Source: Elsinoe ampelina (taxonomy: Eukaryota). From it: a stretch of DNA of 64,000 nucleotides. The stretch spans positions 1,272,326 to 1,336,325 of the forward strand of contig ML992510.1 in the NCBI GenBank assembly GCA_010093995.1. Reading direction: 5' to 3'. The position numbers were made by a program, and so were the translations under genes. This document shows, piece by piece, positions 1 through 11,776 of this stretch. Below the pieces are notes generated by a model. That model searched no databases. It saw only the letters and a program-made list of their open reading frames with translations, and was not told the origin of the DNA. Positions within the stretch are counted from its first letter, which is position 1. Each line of letters begins with the position of its first letter.

Positions 1-1401
1 GTTCTATAATTCTAGTAACCTTATATCTGTCCTTTATAGTATAATTATAGATATAATTAGTTACTCTAGAATCTAGTATTAATAAGTTAGAGATGTTACT
101 AGTAGCTAAAATAAATACTAAGTATAATCTAATAGTAATAGCTATATTAATTAATACTAGTAGAGTTAACCCCTTTTAATATTATACTTCCTTAGTAATA
201 GAAGCCTTAATTCTCTCTTTAAGAGTCTTATTATTTAGCCTTTATTTAATCTCCTTTATAGTCTACTAGTTTAGTGTCTATCCTTCTAGCCTTAAATGCT
301 TATTTAAGTAATAGTACTTAATCTACTTATACTAGCCTTAGTATATATATTTAGGCTCTCTAGAGAGACTAGGTTTCTTATAAAGAATATTCTTAGTAGC
401 TATAGAGAAGGCTATAGCTCCCTTACTAGCCTTTATAGTACTATATAGCTTATAGAGTTTATAAAACTATCTAAACTTAGTAATTAGTTTAGGTATAGTT
501 AGTAGAGTTAGTAAATCTAGATTAATAAGGTACTTATTAGTAAATACTAGTTTAGCCTTTAAGATAGAGAGTAAGAAGTCTCTCTATAGCTTTAAGCCTT
601 AAGCTTCTAGTAGATTATAGTTCCTAGCCTTATCTATAACCTCTTTCTATTACTAAAGCTAATAGTTTATATTTTATAAAGAAGAGCTAGATAGCTACTT
701 TCTCTAGAGTACTTTAACCTCGAGCTAAATAGCTATATTAGATAGAGTAAATCTATTCTTTAATACTCTAAGAATAGCCTATAAATAAGAATCCCCTTCT
801 AGTTAGATAATAGTAAGAACTTATAGTACAATTAATAACTAAATAAGGCTAGCTAAATTAGCTAAGGCCTTATACTATTTATTATATTATACTTATTTCT
901 CCTTATATATCTAGAAGAGTACTAAGAAGTTAATATTTACTACCTCTAGCCTTTAAGGCTTAGGGAGCCCTTCTAGTTTAATAGTCTTCTAGGGATTAAT
1001 AAAGTTCTATATCTTAGTGTTTAATGCTCTTATCTTAATAATATATAGCTAGCTAGCTTATTTAGCTAATGTAGCAAGAATAATAGGTGTTCTAGCTATT
1101 AAGGTGTTAGTATCTATAGTTATTTATTTCTTTATTAATACCTAAATCCTATAGTTATAGTTAAGGTAGTTCTTAATAGATTCTAATACTTAAAAAGCGA
1201 GATAATAGAGAATTAACTAATAAATAGAATAGGAAAGTAACTAAGTAATATACTTATATAGGGGTAGTTATACTAGGCTTATGACTATTAACTTATATAG
1301 GGAAGGAAAAAGGATTAATTACTACCTAATCTACTAAACTAAGGTAAATTATAACTATATAAATACTTAACCTAATAAACTAAGAGATAACTAAATTAAT
1401 A
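1..1401 (-). mobile_element. RIP-inactivated Ty1/Copia LTR retrotransposon, 5' part (putative 5' LTR, gag, protease); continues past window start
   Basis: Minus strand at ~40-85 reads ILDSRVTNYIYN (de-RIP: ILDSGATxHICN, Copia protease). At ~270-345 it reads KYIY*G*YK*IKYYYLNKHLRLEG*TLN (de-RIP: CIC...H.W..CYYLN..RPEGW.PN, fungal Copia gag knuckle). A GTCATAAGCC PBS-like sequence abuts TATTAAC at 1286. Putative LTR ~1286-1401; outer end uncertain. Confidence 0.75.
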
Positions 1402-1649
1402 GAACTTCTAAATAATAATAGATTAAGACAATAACTATCTAATTTAATTATAAACTAGTAGAGTAGTAGATAAGTATTTAGTTCTACTAGGAGATAAACT
1501 AAATTAGAGTTCTTCTTAGCGCTCTAGCTTATACCTTAGTTAATATAGAACAAGTCTTAGAAGCTCTTAGTTATATAGAGGCAAGGCTAAATTGTTAGCT
1601 AATTAGATATTAGACTTCTCTCTCTCTATTATCTAAGGCTTAATTTTTT

Positions 1650-3120
1650 TAGTCGTAGTATACTAAGATTCTACTACTAAATTGTACACCTTTATAACAC
1701 TACTAATTTTGCTTTAATTACTTTAATTTTTTTCCTAATAAACTTACTATAGCTAAATTACCTTATTCTAATTTATATATACTAACTCTAGAGGCTAATT
1801 AGAAGTATACTAAGGGGCATAAGTAGCCTACTCTAATCTACACTAGCTATTACGCCCTTAGAGTAGTACTACTACTACCTAGATACACTAAATTCTCTAT
1901 AAGCTAGATATTATATATAATAAAGATTCCTAAGTGTTCTATATAGTAGATACTTACTAGATTAGCTTAGAGGCCTAGATCTAAGCGGCCTAGAAGAACC
2001 TCTATTATTAATAACTATCTACTCTATTATATCTAGCGCTTTATTAATAGTAGCTTTAGTAACGCTAAAAAGACTTACTAGTAGCTAGTAGACTTATTCT
2101 ATCTAGATATTAACTCTTAGACACTACGTAGAGCTATATAAGGCTATAGTATCTTTAAGTTTAAGGCTAAATAGAAGAGCTAGCTAAAGGCTAAGAATAT
2201 AGTAGCTTATAAAGTATAGGCTAAAATCTACTACTATAAAGACTTAGACTTCTAGTTCTAGAAAAGTGTTAGATTTACTAATAAGTCTTATTTTTACTAT
2301 AACTTAAGAGCTACTACTATAATCTATTACTACTAAGGCTAGAGAAATAACCTAAATAAGATCTAGTTTAAAAAGAAGACTATAAAGATAATAGTATATA
2401 TCTAGGAGATAGTTAGCTATAGCTTTAAGTTAGAGCTTATATTCTACTCTAATTTACTACTACTAAAGACGATTAACAAGTAAAAGGCTATACTAGAGGC
2501 CGACCTTATCGATGTTAACTCTTAGCCTTTAGAGGCTATTCTTAAGATAGAGAAAGCTAAGTTATATCTATTAAATAACTTATAGCCTAGCTATAAGTAC
2601 TAGTATAAAGATAAGACAAGTTATAAACATAACTACTATAAGAAGTAACCCTTAGTACTTACTATCGGTAGTAACCTTAATTAGTTTACTTATCTTTATA
2701 GTATCTTTATTCTCTATATTAAGAAGTACTAGAATAATATATAGTTTAAGAAGAAAGCCTTTATACTAGAAGAAGACAATAATAGCGCTTATAGTACTCG
2801 ATTAACCTATAATCTAGTTAAGCTATATAAAGACTTACTACTAGGCTTCTAATATTATACTAATTGTACTAAATTACCTAATATAACTATTATTAAGAAC
2901 TACTAGTAGAGAGTTAAGTAGCGTATTAAGCGACGTATACTAATAACTAATAAAGAGCTAAAACGCTTCATTTAAGAAGAATAGAAAGATATACTATAGG
3001 ATTAGATAGATAAGCTAGTAGAGGAGATACTAGATAGAGTATACTAGCTATAGTAATATAATAGCAAAAGCACTAACTATTAAGCACTTACACCTTCAAT
3101 TCAATAGTATAGCTATTCAC
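1650..3120 (+). mobile_element. RIP-inactivated Tc1/mariner-superfamily DNA transposon (transposase relic)
   Basis: Plus strand reads F*KSVRFTNKSYF at ~2256 (FWKSVRFTDESHF), LEEDNNSAYS at ~2766 (LEEDNDSAHG) and LPNITIIKNY* at ~2874 (SPDMxIIENCW), i.e. a Tc1-type DDE triad. ORF ends near 3083. TIRs not resolved, so ends are approximate. Confidence 0.8.
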
Positions 3121-3787
3121 CACCTTAATTACAGCTTCATACAATAAGAATTGAGCGCAGCCTATGAAGATGTATTGTCTGTATACAAAAAGTGGTAAAG
3201 CCGGTACAGCTTGGCGGGCCCGTGCGCCAGGATTTCTGAAAGTGAGCCTTGGTCGCTCGCTCAACACCTCAGTTTAAACTTCCATAATTCCAGTACACTT
3301 CCTCTTCTTACGCCTCTTACTCGACACCAGATCATCACACTTGATACAGTAGCCCCCATCGACGCGCCACGTTTCTCGTCGTCGATAGCCTTGCGCTCAT
3401 CTTGTCCGCGGGTCTGACTCCATGATGCCCGCTCCACGCATGTCCCAGTTTGCCGAGCAAGTTTGAGGCACGACCTTCTCATCTTCGGTGTCACACCAGG
3501 AGTCATGGAAAACCAATACCTTTTCTGCGGTTAAAGAGTCCTTCACAGATCAACAGCGCCAGAAATGAATCCATGCGTGAGATCCCTTTGGGGCTGCTGC
3601 ACCACTGATAACGCCTATCTCTCGGTGGCGTGGACTGATTGGGTGGGACCCCAAACCACAAATGCCGAAGCCGGACGCAGGTGAGATATGTGTATCCCCT
3701 CCATGTCTACTTTACCTCGGGGTTTGCCCATGGGCAGAGAAGTATATTGTTCATTCTTCATCGTTCCCTTCGCAGTATTGTAACATC

Positions 3788-5499
3788 ATGGCTGAGCTTT
3801 CCAAAGTCCAAGACCGAGACGTCGCGGACCTCGTCACCGCAGATGGCCTCACCTCCGAAGAGGATGCCAGGGTCCTGGCCGCCATGGGCTACAAGCAAGA
3901 GCTTCAACGCAATTTCACCAAGATCGAAGTCTTTGGCATTGCGTTCTCCATCATGGGTCTGCTGCCCTCAATTGCCAGTACCTTGAGCTTCTCTATCCCA
4001 TCTGGTCCTGTCGGCATGGTCTGGGGCTGGTTCCTTGCCAGCGGTCTCATCTTCATCGTCGGTATCTCCATGGCAGAGCTCGGTAGCAGTCTCCCTACCA
4101 GCGGCGGTCTCTATTTCTGGACACACCACTTTGCCGGTCCCAAGTGGAAGAATCCTCTCTGCTTCTTGGTTGGCTACAGTAACACTCTCGGTCTCGTCGG
4201 CGGCATCTGCTCCATCGACTATGGGTTTGCACTCATGTTCCTATCCGTCATCTCTATTGCAAGGGACGGAGAATGGTCGCCGTCCAATGGCATCGTCTAC
4301 GTTGTCTTCCTGTGCACAGTACTGAGTCACGGACTAGTAGCAAGCTCTTTCAGCAAGTTCATGGGGAAGCTGGTAAGTCTCCGATCTTCCATCATACTGC
4401 ATTCACTCACGAAAGACAGCAAACCTTCTTTGTCGTCATGAACTTCGTCTTGATTTTCGCCACAATCATTGCCCTCCCTGTAGGGGCCGCCAACCGGCGC
4501 AACAACGCCGATTTCATATTCACTCGAGTTGAAAATGGCACTACCTGGCCTGCTGGGTGGACTTTCATGATCTCATGGCTGTCTCCTATCTGGACCATTG
4601 TGAGTCTTGCATCGCATGATTGACCGAGCAAACACTAACGCATGCGCTAGGGCGCTTTCGACTCCTGCGTACACATTTCAGAAGAAGCTACGAATGCCGT
4701 CAAAGCTGTCCCCTTCGGTATTCTCATGTCCATCGGAAGCTGCTGGCTTTTCGGATTCGTCCTTCTGGTTGTCATCGCTGCTTGCATGGTTCAAGACTAT
4801 GACACCATCCTTGGGTCTCCCTTCGGTCAGCCGATGGCTCAGATCTACTATGACGCGATTGGAAAACAAGGTGCGCTTGGCCTTATGAGTCTTCTCATGA
4901 TCGTCCAATTCATGATGGGCGTCTCAATCACCGTCGCTGCTTCCCGTCAGATGTGGGCCTTCTCCCGCGACGGTGCCTTGCCGTTCAGCGGCTTCTTCAG
5001 AGTCATTTCTAAGCGTGCTGGATACATCCCACTCCGAACCGTCTGGGGTTCCGTCATTGTGGCTGCTGTTCTTGGTCTGCTCTGTCTTATCGCTCCCGCC
5101 GCTGCCTCTGCTCTCTTCGCCATGTCGGTGGCCGGTAACGACCTTGCTTTTGCCCTGCCGATCCTGGCGAGGGTTGTCTGGGGTCAGGACAAATTCAAGC
5201 CAGGTCCATTCTACATGGGCCGGTGGAGTGTGCCACTGGCTTGGGTTTCGATCATCTACCTCGTCTTCAGCATCGTCCTTGCCATGTTCCCTGTGGGCGG
5301 GCCAGGACCCACTCCGCAGGACATGAATTACACCGTGGTCATTGTCGCTGCGCTGTGGGGTGGCGCTTTGTCATACTACTATCTGGACGCTCGCAAATGG
5401 TTCACCGGCCCCAAGATGACACTCGAAGGGGAAAATGTCGAGGTTGAAAAGGTGGCGGCAGTCGAAGAGAAAAAGACGGGCGATACCGCCAGCGAGTAA
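3788..5499 (+). CDS. Amino acid/GABA/choline permease (APC superfamily, Uga4-like)
   Basis: GYKQELQRNF, FGIAFSIMG, MAELGSSLPTSGGLY, WTIGAFDSCVHISEEA and SRQMWAFSRDGALPFS motifs. Introns 4373-4419 and 4600-4650 (GT..AG) join the ORFs in frame. Confidence 0.92.
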
Positions 5500-5792
5500 G
5501 TTACGGACCTTCAGCTCTACCATAAACTTAGCATTGTGCACCTACAATGTATGGTCGCATTGAATTGAATAACTCAACTGAAAGCAGGCTTTGTAGACAG
5601 AAATGTTCGATATATAAGCTGTATGTAATTGTAGGATAATGTTCAACCAAGCCTCGGAGACATTTTTCACTGCGCGATGATAATTCATCCGCCTCCGCGG
5701 CGACCTTGACTCCCATAAACCAAGAGGCAATCGCAATGTGAAAACTCGTAAGTATCCATTGAAATTCAGCAAATTCACATTCGTGTCTGGCC

Positions 5793-6815
5793 ATGTCGAG
5801 ACCAAAGATCCTGATCGTCGGCGCCGGAGCTGTCGGACTCGCCCAAGGCTATCATCTCTCCTTTGGCGCCGATATCACCTACCTCGTTCGCCCGGGTCGC
5901 AAGCCTGCTTTTCTGCCGTCAAAGCGTCTCTACGATTACAAGGCAAATGCACTTCGCACGTTTGAGTCGTACCGAGTCATCGAATCACCAGAGGAAGTCT
6001 CCTCCGAAACCTTCCTTTGTGTCTTTGATACGCTAGACGGATCCACTGCTCGTTCCGACTCTGGACGCGCGACAATAAGCGCTGTTGGGAACCTGATACG
6101 AGATCATGCTGACACCTTTGTGGTTTTTGACGCGGTTGGTTTGGATATGAAGGAGTACTATGCGTCGACGATGGGAATATCCATGGACAGACTCTTGCTC
6201 GGAGCAAGCATGCTGGCACATCAGCCAACTGATAAGATCTCGAAGCCTCCTGCCGCAAATCAGGATCAGACCAGCCAGGCAGATATGTTCTTCGCGTATC
6301 TCGCTGGCAATGCGGGCATGATGCTGTCCAAGTCGAATCCAGCCTATGCGAACGTTTTCAAGAACGTATATGCGAAGAACCCTACTCTAAGCGTCTCCTT
6401 TCTACCGCCGATCAATGAGGAGATGGTGGTGACAACGATAATTGTGATGATGGTTGGCTGGCATACCCATGGCTGGGGCGCCTTGCAAGGGTTCATCAAT
6501 GATTCCGACACATGGCCCTTAATGGTCAGAGCTCAGAAGGAGATCCTGTCACTCCCTCGCTACGGCTGGATAGGATATATCTTATCCTTCATCATGGGAT
6601 CCTGGTCGACGGCGAAGCTGCACACTACGCTCGATACTCAGGCCTTGCCGCTGCTGAGCCATGAATTCAACAAATTTCATCATGGGGCCAAGGTGTTGCA
6701 GCAGGACTTTGCCCTTCTCCAGGATCTGGTCGAGCAAGGCGAGAAGGAGAAGCACAGTATGCCGGCAGTGAAGCAGTTGATACAAGCGGCAGAGAAGATC
6801 AAGGCTGATAAGTAG
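5793..6815 (+). CDS. Ketopantoate reductase (PanE/ApbA)-like Rossmann-fold protein
   Basis: 340-aa intronless ORF with N-terminal ILIVGAGAVG dinucleotide-binding motif followed by ITYLVRP. Confidence 0.7.
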   Translation: MSRPKILIVGAGAVGLAQGYHLSFGADITYLVRPGRKPAFLPSKRLYDYKANALRTFESYRVIESPEEVSSETFLCVFDTLDGSTARSDSGRATISAVGNLIRDHADTFVVFDAVGLDMKEYYASTMGISMDRLLLGASMLAHQPTDKISKPPAANQDQTSQADMFFAYLAGNAGMMLSKSNPAYANVFKNVYAKNPTLSVSFLPPINEEMVVTTIIVMMVGWHTHGWGALQGFINDSDTWPLMVRAQKEILSLPRYGWIGYILSFIMGSWSTAKLHTTLDTQALPLLSHEFNKFHHGAKVLQQDFALLQDLVEQGEKEKHSMPAVKQLIQAAEKIKADK

Positions 6816-6871
6816 ACTCGTAACCCGAACGGCATCGCATTGGTCTTGATCATTTCCTGGTCATTGTCCGA

Positions 6872-8596
6872 TCAGATGGACATCTTCTCCACCGACTCGT
6901 TTCCACCCTTGGCATGAGCAAAAGTCTTATACCTCTCCTCCTCATCCGCAATCGTCGAGCGAATGACTCTCCTGTTCTCCGGGTTCAACCCCATCATGAT
7001 CCTCGGGTTCTCATAGAACATGGTATCAACCTGCTCCAACGTACGTCCCGAAGTCTCCACCCCAAAGAAATACGTCAAAGGTATGAACGACGCGCAAACC
7101 ACGCCCCACACGAAGAAAAACTTGCCCCCGATCGAGCTCAATCCGATGGGCGTGACCATGACGACCACAAAATTCGACATCCAATGCGAAAACACCCCGA
7201 CAGCCGTCGCCTTGTTCCTCACATTCAGCGGCTGGATCTCTGCCGAGTAAGACCACGACACCGGCAGGATCCCCAACGTGAAGCAATCCAGATACAGGAA
7301 CATGAACGCCACCGCCGCCGCAGCAGTAGAGTAGCTCTGCACCGAGAGACATCCCGCGATGACGAGCATACAGACCGCGCAACCCGCTGACGAGCCCATG
7401 ACGCTCCACCGGCGGCCGATGCGGTCGATGTACAAGTAAGGAGGCCAGGAGAAGATGGCGTACTGCGTGAAGGCGACGGAGGCGAGGATGAGGGACATGC
7501 TTTGGGAGTAGCCGAGGTATTCTTGGAGGATGTAGGCGAGGTAGTAGCATAGTGCCTGGGAGGGGGTCAGCTCGGGACGCAAGAGGATTGGAGGGGAAAG
7601 GGAGATGTACATTGACGCCGGACCATTGGTTCATCATGTAAGGACCCATGCCGAGGAGGACTCGTTGGAGGTTGCGAGCTTTGGTGGAATTGCTGAAGAC
7701 TTCGCTCCACGAGGGCTCGGAGGATTTGCTTTCTGCGTTGATGGCTTCGAGAATCTCGTTGAGTTGGCCGGAGACTTGGTCGTCGTTGTCGTCTTTGTTG
7801 AGGAGGCGGGCGATGACATGGCGGGCCTGTCCCAAATGTCAGTGATGAGGCACTACGGTCGCCGATATCGTTGACTCACCTTCCCATGCTCTCCACGCTT
7901 GGCAAGCCAGCGAGGCGTCTCGCAAATGAAGGGGCAGCATAACAATACAAGCATTGAGAACAAAATCTGGCATGCTACTGGAAATCGCCATTGCATGGAG
8001 TTGTTGGCGTACAGCGTTGCGAAGCAGAGCCAGGATGCTAAGGCGACGCCGATGATGATCAAGGCGGACTGTACGACTAGCAGAGCTCCTCGATTATGTG
8101 CTGGCAGAGTCTCGGACTGCAAAATGGGTACAGCGACCTGTGTGGCATCAGCAATAGCTATGATGTGAGCCTCGATGGTCTCACCGTGGACAGTCCTACT
8201 CCGACTCCTGCTATGATTCGGGACACAAACATCTGCCAATACTCCATTGAGGCCGTCTGGATCGCAGCGCCGATGATGACAATGACATTGGCGAGGATGA
8301 TGGATCGCTTCCGACCTATCTTCTCGCCGAAGAAGAAGGCCGTAACTGCACCAAGAGCGCAGCCAATGTCGTAGATGGCAGAGATGAGACCAGTCATGGT
8401 AGGGTTGGGATAGCCTAGTGTCTCTTTGAATCGTTCACCGCCGAGGATACCTCCGATAAGACCTTGATCGAACTGGGATGATCAGCAATTGTCCTTGATC
8501 GGTTGTAGGTGCATCACTCACGCCGAAGAGCAGAAAGTCTAGCCCAGACGTCGCAAGGATGATGCCCATTAGAGCTTTGCCTCTGAGCTCGATCAT
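6872..8596 (-). CDS. MFS sugar porter, multi-exon
   Basis: Exons encode LFG/(Y)DQG, GEKIGRK, RIIAGVGVG, ETPRWL, NQWSGVN, DRIGRR and ETSGRTLE. Start MIELRGKALMG at 8596; several short introns. Confidence 0.9.
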
Positions 8597-9483
8597 GTTT
8601 GGGGCGTAAGACGAGAAATGTGAAGCCCTCGGATTATAGACTGTAGTTATGCTCGGAAAAGGGTGGGCCAGGAAAAGGATCTTATATCCTGCAGCCCCAG
8701 TGGATCGACCACGGAGATCAAAGCATGAACGGCAGGGGAAAAGAGGGGGCAATTGCGGAGATCCAACCTTGTTCGATTTACCTTGGAGCAGATTCACCAT
8801 TTCAACCATGCGAGATGCAAACGCCGTCTCGTCGGCCGCTGAAGATGACGAGGTCAAGCATTCGTGGGCACGTTTCAAGGCGTGGTGATTAGGGCGGGCC
8901 GTGCGTGTCTTTGGGCCGGGAGCATGCATTTGGTTATCCGGTGGTCGGAAAGACATAACAAGTTAGGCTGCCCAGGGGCTGATTCTGATATCCCCGCCAT
9001 TTGGGAGTCGATAGGGCGGATATCCCCCGCGCAGTTCGCGTCCCCAAAGAAACCTTCACAAGATGTGTGATGGCAATTTGCATTCTGGTCCATGCACAAG
9101 GCACGTGTAGGATGGTCAAAGCATCAAGATCTCATGATGTTTTGTCAATTACGAGCTCCCGAATCTGTGGCAGACGAAGACTGGTGCGTGATGAAGGCAG
9201 TGAGTCTTATCAAGAAAAGCAGAGGTAGATGTGGCCAGCGGTGATGGCCGAGGCCAAGGCTGAGGTAATCTTGTGGAAATTCTCCACTGCTCCGCTGCGG
9301 CATTCTACATTGCTGATTTTCCTCGTGAGATTTTCTCTTCTTTTCACCCAACACCGGATGCTGGGGAATGCCAGAACAACCAGTACGACAAGTCGAATGC
9401 CTCGAATGCTCAAAGAATCTTTTGGAGACATATGAAGGGCGGTGAACAGTTTGCTATCCTTCATTCGACGATTGCCTTTTCCA

Positions 9484-11036
9484 TTACAACACCACCTCGC
9501 ATCTCTTGCTCTTTGGCGTAATGACAAAGTAATTCTCCAACGCCATGCTCTCGGGCGTGGTACTACCGGCCAAGCGAAGACCCCTGCAACGTCGAACGAG
9601 CAAGGCCGTACCATATCTCAGCTCCATCCATGCAAGGTTGATCCCAAGGCATGAAGTTGCTCCGGCCCCAAAGGCACAGAACGTTGAACGGGCTCGGGGA
9701 TCGATATCGTGACTTGGATACCATCTGGAAGGATCGAATCTGGTCTAGTCAGCAGCTGGGCCACTTGTGGTTCATCATACAAGACTTACGTGTCGGCGTC
9801 TTTCCATATTGCCTTGTCACGATGAAGTGTATAGGCTTGCGTTCCAATGGTTGTATGGCCCGGGACAAAGTGTCCAGCTATAGTGGCTCCACCAGCTGGT
9901 ACGACTCGAGGTAGAGTCCCGGGCACGGCGCAATACAGACGCAAGGTCTCATTGATGACTGCGTTCAACAATGGCAGCCTCTCCAATTCGGCATCGTTGA
10001 AATTGTCAGGCAAACTGGCGACTTCATCCTCGAGTGCCACTTGTAACAGTGGACGGCTCAACACTGCATAGCTGAGGAAGGTAAGTGTGTTGGCGGTCGT
10101 GCCTGACCCGGCGAAAATGAGACTGGTTGACTCGGTATGCACGTCCTACAAAGGTCAGCAAAAGGTCAGGGTAATCACAAGAGGTCAAGTACCATGTCAT
10201 CTACACGACCACCCTCCTTCTCTGCCTCAGCCATGATTGTGGCCATCAAATTGGCATCACTTCCACCCTTCCGCGCGTTCTCCACAGCCCTCGTAGCATA
10301 GCCAAGGATATACTCACTGCTATTGAAAGCCTCTCGCAGCGCTCGTATCGGCAATCTTGAACCAATCGACCTGATCCAAGGCATCTCAGCTCCAATACCA
10401 TTACCTTTCAGCGCCGCTTCCAGGACACGAATGTACTCGGTCTTCCTTCCCAGCTCCAGCAGCCCGAAGCTCTCGCCGTACCCTATCACACCAATAATGT
10501 CGGTCGCCATGAAGGTCCACCACTTCATCAGATCCGCTCGACTGCTCAATGCATCCTCGCGAATCCTGCTGACCGCCAACTCGATCCGACCACGTACAGC
10601 GGGCTCCCACATCTCACGGAGGTAGCTCTTGCTGAACCCTCTCGCGAAAAGTCTTCGTCTGGCGCCGTGTTCCTTGATGTCTCTCATGGAGAAGACGGAC
10701 AAGCGGGGAAAGTTGGTGAGCCGTTCGTACCACGCATCCTTCTTGTACTTGGTCGACACGCCGTGGATTGTCTTGAAGGCATCTACGTCTGCGCCTACGG
10801 ACACTTCTGTCGGGCTGATGCGAACGACTGTACCTCTTGTGAAGGTCGTCGATGTAGAAGATCCTACGGCCTGAGATGATGGCTCGCTTGAGGAAGAGGT
10901 TGGTAAAGTTGGAAACCAAGGGGCCGGGGAGATGGCGGAGAGGGGATGTGGCCGCTGCGTAGATTGTGGTGATGAATTTGTATGAGATCAACAAAGCGAA
11001 TAGTGCCAGAGCAATCTGCTGAACGCTGATTGCCAT
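9484..11036 (-). pseudogene. Cytochrome P450 with an apparent frameshift at ~10829
   Basis: N-terminal TM anchor plus LPGP, I-helix AGSGTTA, ETLR, FDPSRW and heme motif FGAGATSCLG. Introns at ~10146-10192 and ~9741-9789. Frame changes between LHKRY and VVRISPTEVSV. Confidence 0.75.
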
Positions 11037-11776
11037 GCTTGTGGTCGTGCTATACAGTGATAAATACAGGTTTTTGGAGGAATAAGACGCAATGTGTCGT
11101 TCGTGAGGAGGCGAGGGGCAGCTCTTTACCTATCTTTCATCATAGCGAGATCGTTGGATCTAGAGGCTAAGTAGCCCTCATGCTCTTATTCTAGCATGGA
11201 TAGACTGCAGCGACAGCGCTGCGTGCAGTGTACTAGCGGATTGGCACAAGGATCCTTTCGGATCTCCATGATAGTCCGGATATTTTTGGAGTCCGGGCTA
11301 GTGTTTTCGTGCATGTCGATAACGTTGCACGGGACCACCAAGCAGCTTGAGTTTCGGGAATTGAGTCGATTGGATATTTGAATCCTAGGATAGCACGTCG
11401 CTAGGCACAGCCAGAAGACATTATGGTAGCACCACGATGGTGTCAGTGACACCTGACTTGCCAAGGTCCGCTCACAGCATGCACAATGCCCTCACGACGA
11501 CGTCCTCAGCCTCTCACATCCCAGCAAGTCGGGTAAGTCAAGCAGACCAAGCTTTCCCCCAAGCTCACGCCAAGGGCACATACCGGGCGATCATGTCCAA
11601 GGATTATGCTTATCTCTCGCGTGAGTGGGCCACGGAGTAAGCTCCTCATCGGACTTCCCCCTCACTATTGCACTGGCAAACCCCAAAAGGGACACTGATG
11701 GAGAAGTTTCGTATCAACTACGAACAAACGTACAATCCCATGACCAGAAATGACAGATATGCTACGTAACAGGTCA

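Noticed and set aside
3662..3787. Upstream in-frame extension of the permease ORF
   Set aside because: The ATG at 3788 (context CATCATGG) gives a typical N-terminus and the extension looks like UTR.
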